Assembly (NCBI GenBank): GCA_964016885.1
Contig: OZ024740.1
Location: forward strand, 220,472,001 to 220,536,000
Direction: 5' to 3'
Length of the DNA: 64,000 nucleotides
DNA from: Eledone cirrhosa
Lineage: Eukaryota
In this document: piece by piece, positions 11,811 to 22,100 of the stretch
Position numbering within the stretch: the first letter of the stretch is position 1
Layout of the letters: every line of letters begins with the position of its first letter
Notes under the pieces: model-generated
The model's input: only the letters and a program-made list of their open reading frames with translations
Databases searched by the model: none
What the model was told of the DNA's origin: nothing
Position numbers and translations under genes: made by a program

Positions 11811-14654
11811 ACATCTTCTGCCATGTTCTCTCTCTATCTACAACACTTCTGGTACTGCTACCTCCACTTCCACCCTTTCTTTGTTTATTTCTTTGTCTAC
11901 TCATGTGCAGTGTCCACTTTTTCTCAACTATTATTTATAGTGACCAACTGTTATCACAATGATTTTCTGTATTGGTATGCTCACATTTTTAAATAAAAAA
12001 TTACCCCAGAGCTTCATAAATCATAAAGTTTGTTTATATTCTAAAAAGAAAATTCTAGAAGATGATGTCAGTAGCTACTTAACATGGTGGCTAATACACT
12101 CTCATAATATTCAACAGATGTAAGGTTTGAATCTTCACAGTCACTTCTCTCCCCTTTTTTCCATCTCTGATGTTATTTACCTGATTTTCTCAACTATTAT
12201 TTATGTAATTGGCTGTTATTACAGTCATTTGATATATTTAAGCAGATTGTGCTATGAAAATGATTATAGTTTTCAAAATAGTTTGTTTACTGTGATGTGC
12301 TATAGTACATATTACAATAGAGTCTTTTTATAAATGCCTGGTCAGCTAGCTATAAAGCAAGAGCTCAGCTGTCAGGTCCCGACTCTCTCTAATATATATA
12401 TAGTCAGGAGGACTCTTAAGTTGTTTTAAACACGTCAACCTTCCTGATGCTGGTTTCAAGATAAAGTGCAGCTAGGGAGTTTAAGTATGTGAGATGCAGG
12501 CATCTAGCCCAACAGAGGCCAGTAGCTCCACATTAGTATCAACTTGGTCTGTGAAGACTCGTCCAAACCATTGCTAGTAAGAAAGACAGGTATTAAATGA
12601 TGATGATGATGCATACATACATATATATATATGTGTGTGTGTAATTTTTATTATGACTAAGTGATGAGTCTTGTTTCTCTGGAGTTTCACCTGTCTACAC
12701 AGTATCATGTATTTATATGTGTGTGTGCAAGATATTAGTTATATGAGAAGGATGTCAATACAATTGTTTATTCAGAGAATTAGAAAGTATTGAAATTATT
12801 GAAAAAGAGTATGTTGTATGATGTGTGCAACTTTGCCAATCAATCAGATGGCCTTATTTTTTATGCAATTCATAATATTTATGTATAGAGCAGCAGCTGT
12901 TCCATCTCATATGTGTGAGCTTGTCTCAAGCCAGCAGCTGTTCAGAAGTGAAGAGGTTTTTGACTTTAAAAATAAAGGTTAGCTTTGCAGATACAGTTTT
13001 GCTTATATTACAGATAAGCCTGATGGTTAAGGTTTTCATCTCGTGATTGTAAGGTCATTGGTAGTGCATTGTGTCCTTGAACAAGGCACTTCATTTTATG
13101 TTGCTCTAGTCTACTCAGCTGAAAAGATGTACTAGCAGTAACTGGCAAACTAAATATTTGATGGAAAGGAGGCATCCTATTATCCTATTAAAAGGTGAGT
13201 TTTGTACCCTCAGTCACTTAATGCCACATGAATCTGAAATAAACTTCAATCTGTTGAGCTTCAAATATTAAGAAAGGTTTTAACATTTTTTTTTTATAGA
13301 TAAGTAATAAGAAATTGTGAGGCTTAGAATTTGAAAAGTTTGAGGTTTTTGTCAGGAGTTTGTCAAGATCAGAAATCAGGGATCAGTTCCCAGGGCCCAC
13401 AATGAGGAGGTTGACAAACTTCCTTTCATCTTGCAGCAAAGCTACATGATAACCTCCCCTGTGCACCCGGTAGAACGTGAAACCATAAATAAGTGAGAAG
13501 ACAGATCCCTAGCTTGTCAGGGGGATCAGTATCCACCGCTTCAGTACTGACTTGGTTTATGTAGACCCATCCAACCCTAAAAAAACGATTTATAAGGCAG
13601 AATACTTCCCCCAAATTATATGAAATAGGTTTAGAACAGTTTCTTTGAAATTTTTTAGGTGTAGTATTAAAATAATAACCAGTGCCAGGTGTTATTCTCT
13701 TGTCATTCAATTCTATGTATATTTTTCATGATGTGGTCTAAAATATCTAACTGATTGTCTTTATGTTCTGGTTTTATAAACTACTGATGAAACAGAGCAA
13801 AGGTTAACCAAGTTTGAATTGACTTAACACATGCTGCAAACAATTATCATAAAATTTGACAATGATACATTAAAAACAAATAAAAATTTTCAACCTGCTA
13901 TTTTGAGGGGTGGTGGTGGGGGTAGAAGTGTCAATGGAGGTAGAAAAAATGTTTGTATGCATCTGCAATATGCGTACCATGGCTCTATTTGAAGGGCGGT
14001 GTGTATGTATATATATCAGCATATCCCTTTTTCTATTCTGGCTTGGGTTGATGTAAATAGACAAACAAAAAGGAAGTGTACAACTATTCATTTACCATTC
14101 TACATACATAACTGGAAGCTTCCAGGCTTCAGACAGAAAGAACCCCTGTTATATATAGAGAGACATGATGAACTTCATACAGTTTCCCCTCTACTGAATT
14201 TCCTTACAAGGTATTGACTGACACAGAGATATAGTGGAAGACACATGCTCAAATTGCCACACAGTGAAACTTAACCTTAAACCAAATGTTTCTGGAGTAA
14301 ACTTCTTCACTACACAGCAATTGCTGCATCTATTAATATTATTATATAATAGTTTCTGATTTAGGCATAAGGCCAACCATTTTGGAGGAGGGGAAAGTCA
14401 ATTAAATCGACTCCATTGTATTACTGGTAAGGAAAAAATGCAAATGCAGTGGGATTTGAACTCAGAATGTAAAGGACTGTAAGTATATGCTGTGAAGCAT
14501 GTTGTCCGACATTCTACTTATACTAACAATTCCCACATCAATAATATTACTCTTGGGTCTCGAATAATTGCAACTCTTTTTCCTTCCAGCTGTCACATCC
14601 TCTATGTTCCATTTGATCAAAGGCGGTGGGTGCCTCTGTCTCTTTGTGACTAAA

Positions 14655-14975
14655 AGACCCGACTTCCCATGAGTACAAGCTGAAGCTGAAGCATATAGAC
14701 AGTATGCCCCCACTGTAAAGTGGTCGTGTAGGTATCACGACAAAAATCACCCAGTCCACACTATAAAGTGGTCATGTAGGCGCCACGGTAAAAAAGCACC
14801 CAGTACTCACTGTAAATGAAGTTGGTGTTAGGAAGGGCATCCAGCTGTAGAAATCAAGCCAAAATCAGTTTCGTATGAGCAAAACAGGGACACCTGACCT
14901 GGCATTGCCCACAACATGACAACCAATTTAACCCATGCTAACGTGCAAGTGTAAAACGGTGATGATGATTATGAT
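14655..14975 (+). mobile_element. 5'-truncated RTE copy (last codons + 3' UTR + GAT tail)
   Basis: acccgacttcccatgagtacaagctgaagc matches the ORF end at 44450-44480. The UTR is collinear with 44145-44450. Confidence 0.85.
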
Positions 14976-15486
14976 GAACACCTAAAAACCCTTAGCAAAA
15001 CCATAGTACATACTACCAAGTCACACTCGATTGTGAGGGACAGCTATAGTCTTTATACCAATACCTTATTGATTTCAATCAATCACTGATCCCCAACGTT
15101 TTAGGAAGATAATAATAGATATTTTTGAGTAGGAGAGAAATTTAAAAAAACACAATGAACAGAAGAATGATTTTAATTTATATTGAAGCCCAAATAGAAA
15201 TCTTTATTCTATAAAATGTAGATTAATTAGAAGCATTTAAAAAAAAAATTCTTTAAAATACAAACATAAACATCAGTTGATATCAACAATATTCAGAGCA
15301 GAAATAGTAATTAGTTACTCATATATATATATATATATATATACTTACAGTAGACATGCTGACTAAACGGGGTAGTGTTTGCAACGCACCAATCAGTAAA
15401 TAATGATGCAATTTGATTCAAGCATTCAACATCATGTGTTTTCTTCCAAATATGATTTGTCAGTTAGTGACGGAGTATATATAGAA

Positions 15487-16241
15487 TAAGGAAAATGTGA
15501 AGTTCGGTGTAGATGTTAAAGAGTCTTTTATTAACAAAGCTGTGATACATATTTCAATGACGATTGTGGCAACGTGATTGTTCAATCATGTAACCGGTCT
15601 CGTGATCTCACCAGACAACATCGTTATGTAATAAGGTTATGTTTTCAAGGTAATACAATCTAAAGACAACAATGTTTTCATAGCCGAGGGAGCAGACATT
15701 CATCATCATCATCATTTTACGTCCGCTTTTCCCTGCTTGCAAGGGTGGGACAGGAACTGATTCTGGCTTGATTTCTACAGCTGGATGCCCTTCCTAACAC
15801 CAACCTCATTTACAGTGAGTGCTGGGTGCTTTTTTGCTGTGGCACCTCCACGACCACTTTGCAGTGGAATGATAGGGACCCCAGTCCTATCAACTCATTT
15901 CTACAGCTGAGTAAACTGGAGCAATGTGAAATAAAGTGTCTTGCTCAAGGAAACAACACATCACCTGGTCTGAGAATTGAACTCACAACCTTTCGATTGC
16001 AAGGCCAATGCTCTAACCACTAAGCCATGTGTGCTGAAAACATTTTTGTCCGTTCCCTTATCTTTAGGTGGGATTGCCTTGGAAACGTAACCTTATTACA
16101 TAATGTTGCTGTCTGATGAGATCACGAGACTGGTTACATGATTGAACAATCACATAGCCATGATCATCATTGAAATATGTATCACAGCTTTGTTAATAAA
16201 GGACTCTCTAACATCTACACTAAACTTCGCACTTTCCTTAT
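15487..16241. repeat. ~180-bp imperfect inverted repeat (15487-15667 / 16062-16241) enclosing a SINE
   Basis: For example ttattaacaaagctgtgatacatatttcaatga versus tcattgaaatatgtatcacagctttgttaataa. Confidence 0.9.
15700..16032 (-). mobile_element. Complete SINE: tRNA-like head + CORE-like domain + RTE-derived tail
   Basis: Box A TGGCTTAGTGG, box B GAGTTCAATTC, central tccttgagcaagacacttta, and a tail nearly identical to 44270-44410 ending in (GAT)n. Confidence 0.85.
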
Positions 16242-16304
16242 ACATACGTATATCTATATAAATATATAGAGAGATACATATACATAGATACAAATATGTA
16301 TATA

Positions 16305-16343
<39 letters not shown>

Positions 16344-16586
16344 TTTATATGTATATATACATACAAACATGTACATACACACATATATATATCATCATCA
16401 TTTAACAACCTTTTTCCACACTAAAGAATAAAAATTATGTGGCAAAACAGGAAAATGAACAGACAGTCCCATATCTTTAGTGGTTAATGACTAATGAGAT
16501 AGAACTTTCTGTATTCGTTTATTTTCCGGTCTTCAGCCATCATTTTTATGTATTTGTATGTTTTTAGCTATGTGGGACTTTTTTTT

Positions 16587-16589
<3 letters not shown>

Positions 16590-16634
<45 letters not shown>
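16590..16634. repeat. (TA)n microsatellite (others at 15321, 16305, 19278, 19587, 26398, 57006)
   Basis: Directly visible. Confidence 0.95.
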
Positions 16635-16638
<4 letters not shown>

Positions 16639-17607
16639 AAAAGTATATATTGAGTTAAAAACTCACAATAGTCCCTTATAATCAAAATGCCTTATAACAC
16701 AGTAAAGAGACAAAAACAGATATATATATGCATTTAAATCACAAGGGACGCAAACCGCCTGGGTGAAGAAAATACTGACTAAACATATATATATCTGTGT
16801 TTACCTCTCTTTACTCTGTTTTATATATACATATATATATACACACACATTATCTATTATCTATATCAATAAATATATTTTTAGACTAATTAAAAATATA
16901 GTCTATGCATGCTAAAAGTCTTGCTATAAAAGTATTAATGTTTAATTTATATCATTATCATTATTTTATGTCCGCTGGGCTGCTGGCATGAGTTGGATGG
17001 AAAAACTTGTTTCTAGGTTCTATTGAGACTTGAAGTCGAATCACTCAATTCAGAGTCCAGAGTGTTAACTGAAATATTAGGATATCCTATCTGAAAACAT
17101 AAATTAAAAATAAAATTTGATGATCTACACTTCAGTAACTGAAACATTTTTGTGAGTCAAGAGAAGAATTTCTTGAGTAACATTCCTGTGATGGGGTTAA
17201 TATACAGAACCAAAATATTATTTCATCATCATACTGTTCCAATTTAGGACAATAGACTCTTATTATTATTTAAAATCTATATGGCGTTGGATTAGCAGAA
17301 ACGTTAGAGCGTTGGACAAATGCTTTGAAGTATTTATTTTGGTTCTTTACATTCTGGGTTTAAATCCTGCCATAGTCAACTTTGCTTTTCACCTTTCCAG
17401 GGTCGATAAAATAAAGTACCAGTAAAGAAATAGACTCAATATAATCGACTATCCCCTCCTTACTTATTACTGGCCTTGTACCTAAATTAGAAATTGTTAT
17501 TTAAACTATATAACATGTTGATACATGGAAAGAACATTTGAAGTGTTATTTTTCCATGCATTAACTATTAGTTGGAATTAGTGCGAATAAGGATAAAGTG
17601 TTTTTAC

Positions 17608-18088
17608 TTGAACCCATTCATTACCATATTTCTGATTAAAGAAACTGCCAATAATTTTCAAATCATTTGGAAAATAATCAAATATTTGGAGGGATCTAGT
17701 AATATAACTAATTTTCTAGTGTTTGTGACACAACTTAAAGATTCTTACATAAAATTATGAAGGAAGGGTTTTCTAATTAATAAATCTAAACACTTTAAGA
17801 TATACAGCTAAGCATCTTAGAACCAGGGATGATTTGGTATCAAAAGGGTTAATTATCCTTTCTGATACCAACCCAACCATAATCTTTCCTGGTTTTATGA
17901 AACAAAACCATCCAATTAAAGTGGTTATATTTAAATTAAAACCTAATATAAATTTTATATAAGAACCATTTATTAAGTTATGTTACAAATATCAGTGAAA
18001 TAATCAAATATTTTAATAAATCTCTCCAAATTCTATATTAATTAAAATATAGAGTATTTCATTAAAAATATGATCATAAAAATGTTAG
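17608..18088. mobile_element. Two adjacent inverted copies of a second TTAA-type MITE family (also 5394-5550, 22148-22408, 33455-33670)
   Basis: ..ttggtatcaaaagggttaa is followed directly by ttatcctttctgatacca... AT-rich interior shared among copies. Confidence 0.6.
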
Positions 18089-19048
18089 GTGCGAAAGGCT
18101 AGAGGAAATTTTGCAACCCTTCATATTTGTACTCAGGGATGACTACCTCTCCTTGCTATGTCTCTGAATTAATTATAGATGAAAACAAAATAATAAGTAT
18201 CTCTATATTCTTGAAGATTATGATTTAAAGAGTTTGTGTTTGTGATGTGGGGTTTAATAGTGGGAGTGGGGGTTAGCACCAATAACAAAAGCAAATTGCT
18301 TTCTAACACAACGTTGAAGTTTGTTTGGACATTGTTTATCGGGTCAATTAAATTAGTTATAATCTTCCATTTTATTAATGCATTTCAAACTGGGATATGA
18401 ATAAAGAGTAATAAATAGACATCAATAAATAACAAAGATATTAGATTTTATTATTTATAATCAAGTGACAAAATATTTCTAACAAGATTTAGCAATGATG
18501 TCAATGAACGGAATGCATATGTTCATATTCTTGGAATTAATTCCAAATATCTTTATTACCGAGCTTTCATCAAACTAGTTTCTATAGAGTTTGAGACCTA
18601 ATACCTATATGCTAACAAAATATTTTGTTAAACTCATATAATACAAATATTACAGGTCATTTACATGACATAATAATTGCATTACACAATGATCATATTA
18701 CATAATGATAACATTACATAACTAAAAAGAAAGGGATAATCAAATTATTTAACTATTGGTTCCTGCTATCAAAGTATAATTCTATATTTCTAAATTTGGT
18801 AAGGTTAAACAACTAAAACAACTATAATAATTAAGGAATAATTTGATTTTGATTTCAAGAATGAATATAATAGTTTTGAAGAAACTTTCATTTAGAAATT
18901 GATGAAAAAAGAAAATTGTCTTAAAAGTAATCTTAGAATTTTATATAACATTTTGATTAGCAGCAAAAAGAATTATTATTATTATTATCATCATCATCTT
19001 TGTCTTATTGTCATCTTCATCATATAAATGTAAGTAACACAAACTATG

Positions 19049-19185
19049 TTAGTCAATTTGAACTTTTGCTTGTGCAAGACGGGGTGAATCAACAAATACT
19101 TCTCCAAACATATAGATGGCCAACACTGATGAAATACAGAAGCCACCCCAGAAAAATATGTATAATATCTGTTCAGTAGCATGTT
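19049..19185 (-). CDS. SACM1L: SAC1 last coding exon ([30 protein letters not shown])
   Basis: ttccAG acceptor, second TM helix, FVDSPRL motif, TAA at 19051-19049. Minus-strand AATAAA candidates near 18553 and 18448. Confidence 0.94.
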
Positions 19186-22100
19186 CTGGAAATATAAAAT
19201 ATAAAAATGAAGTAAAATAATAGTCTGAAAAACAATTTGCAAATGAATGAAATAAGGAGTAAAACTTTACATAAGAGTTTACTGCATTTATTTATTAATA
19301 TATATATATATATATATATTTATATTTCTTCTAACTTTGATTTTGTACCTAATTGTGTATGGTTAACTATGTCTAGTCAATTTCTACAGGCTATCAGAGA
19401 TACTAGGTAAATCTTTTGTGGCTGTTGATCGCAGATAAAAAGCTATCATTTATTTATCTATTATTTCTTCATAGGTACATTTTAAACTTATAGCCTCATT
19501 TAAATGATTTTTATGTGGTTGATTATGCTGATTGGGAGAAGAAATACTGTATATATTTTATCAAATGATTCTATGGACTTACTTTCTTATATATATATAT
19601 ATATATATATAACTAATGTACTCACCTTGTTACTATTTTAGATGCCTATCATCTTCAACAATGTTCTCAGAATTTCAAACTGAATCCTTTATTCAAACCA
19701 CAGGAATAGATTGTTCTCATTATGTTGTTATGTTGTCCATGCTTGTATTAGTTACCTGCAATGTCACTTCCTTGTTCCACTTAAACTAGAGTCCCTGAAG
19801 ATACACTAACCTGAGGATTGAACCTACAACCAGCAGGCACTAGGTACAAAACACTTAACTAATAATTCTATTGACTACGCTATTGCACAGAAACGTACAA
19901 GTAGCATCATAGGTAACTTAACTAATTAATGAGAATAATCTGGGTATGGACAATGGGAAGAGAACAAACTACTTTTGTGATTTTAATAAAGAGCTTGGTT
20001 CAAAATCTGAGAACATTACAGAATACAACAAACACATGAAGGCTGGTGGTAGAACAACTGAAAATGATATTATTATAACAACCAAGATGAGGACACTAGT
20101 CTGAAGAAATTAGTTTATACTGAATAGTAGATCAGAGCTGTTAATAATGACAACAACAGTATTGAATGTATTTAATTATATAATTATATGTTAAATGTAT
20201 ATACTTATATAATACCAGGATAACTGGATATACGAACAACCCTTGCAAACAGGGAAAGGCGGACGTAAAATGATGATGATGATACAAACTGGGAGATTTG
20301 TGTTATCTATAGTTTATGCTGCTTACTGACATGTGCAAGTGATTAAAGATAAGTTATGTTTGGAAGGGCAGTGCCTATGACCCTTTTTAGGGTCTCTGAG
20401 ACTGGAGAGAGAGGGGGAAGAGAGAGTAGAAAGTATCTTTAAACTGAAGATCTGGCTTGACTGCAACTAAGTAGACTCTGATAAAGGCACCCAAAGGCCA
20501 GGTTGTGGTGTTAAACCAGACAATAGATTAAGTCTGCCACTCATGTAGATTACAGCAGTCGGTTTTGAACCTAGACTGCAAAAAAGCTAGAATAAATTAC
20601 AAGGCATTTTATCCAATGCTCTAACAATTCCACCAATACACTACCCTTGGACTGGTACTTAATTTTATCAACCCTGAGAGGCAAAGTTGACCACCTCAGA
20701 ATTTGATCATACACTAACAAGGATACAAACTTAATTTAATAGTACTAAAACCAAAACAAACAATATAACATTTTATATAATCTATAGTTAATTTCTATAG
20801 TAGTAAATAAAGACAGATACAGAATATCTCATGATATGGAATATTGTAAGATACAGAAAGCTGTACTTTACATAACCTAGTGGTTAAAGTGTTGGGATTA
20901 CAACTGTAAGATCATGGGTTAGATTTCTAGACAGGCTGGTGTATTGTGGCCTTGAGTTAGGCACTTCATTTAATGTTACAGCAGTCCATTCAGTTGAAAA
21001 TGAGTATCAGAAGTAGCCAAGGGGTTAATCTTAACACCACGTGAAACTGGGATAAACTCTGATATAATAAACCTCTATGCTCAAGAAAGACTTCAATAGA
21101 AAACTGAGTAAATAGTCAATTTCTTCTTGTTATATGACATATGCACAATGGTTAGAGACAGATGGAGGTTGGTGAGCCAGACTTAGGCAACATTTGTAGT
21201 ATTAAGGAATGCCTCCCGGCTGCCAAACAACATGCAGCTTTATCTGGTCAGGGTCCCCACTGTCACATGTTGGGCTGTCTTTCATTTTCCATCGATTACG
21301 GGACACCCATTGCTTTCTAGGAAGGTCAAAGCTAACTGGTTTAGATGTGGGGGTCATAGACGAGGTCTTGGGTGGTAAATTTGGACTCATTCCATGATCT
21401 TCGCTACTCTTCCTTCAGATCAAAGTTATAGTCAACTATTGTATGGTTTGATTTGAGCTTAATGCTATCATAAAGGCTATCACAAATCATACAACTTCAA
21501 TTGCAACATCACACAAAACACAACTTTCCTACTGCCATCTCATACATATCACAAGGATGTCAGGTTAGCTTTGTATAATGAAATATTTTAATGATGTAAA
21601 AGAGGGGTATATAGAGGCGTATACAATATTTTTATTTATAATAAACATATAAATGTCACAATATGAGGGTTTTAAACTGTGATCATGTCACAGCTATCTC
21701 AGTAAGCATGTGAAAATGCCAGAAGCTAATATTTCAGGATTTGTATGAAGATGCAATAGGATCTCTGGCAGACTGACAGAATTTAAACTCTAACAGATGT
21801 TATAGATATAGAAGAGCAATAAGAGCTCCTATGAAGCTTCCAAAACAGTTACTAAAAGCATTCCTTAACATCAGTTATTCAATCATTAGATAGAACTGGT
21901 ATCTATTTTTAAGATGGAAAGCCTGGACAGAGGTGGGGGAAGGAGAGATATTTTACTCAAGTATGTAATACAACATTCATATCAGAATTTAAATTCATGA
22001 CTAAGAGTTCAATAAAATCAATCATTGTAAAATCTAAATGGAAAATTATGGGTGTTTTTTTTCTTCAGTGAAAGCAAGAGAACCAACATGTACAAATGTA

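Noticed and set aside
3300-18400. Additional protein-coding gene between GLG1 and SAC1
   Set aside because: The short ORFs here map to repeats or low-complexity sequence, and I found no spliceable homologous exons by eye. A non-coding or highly divergent gene cannot be excluded.
19626-19680. Strong minus-strand donor (AAG|GTGAGT) suggesting an extra SAC1 exon
   Set aside because: The nearest acceptor gives an immediate in-frame stop, and the flanking exons already join in frame.
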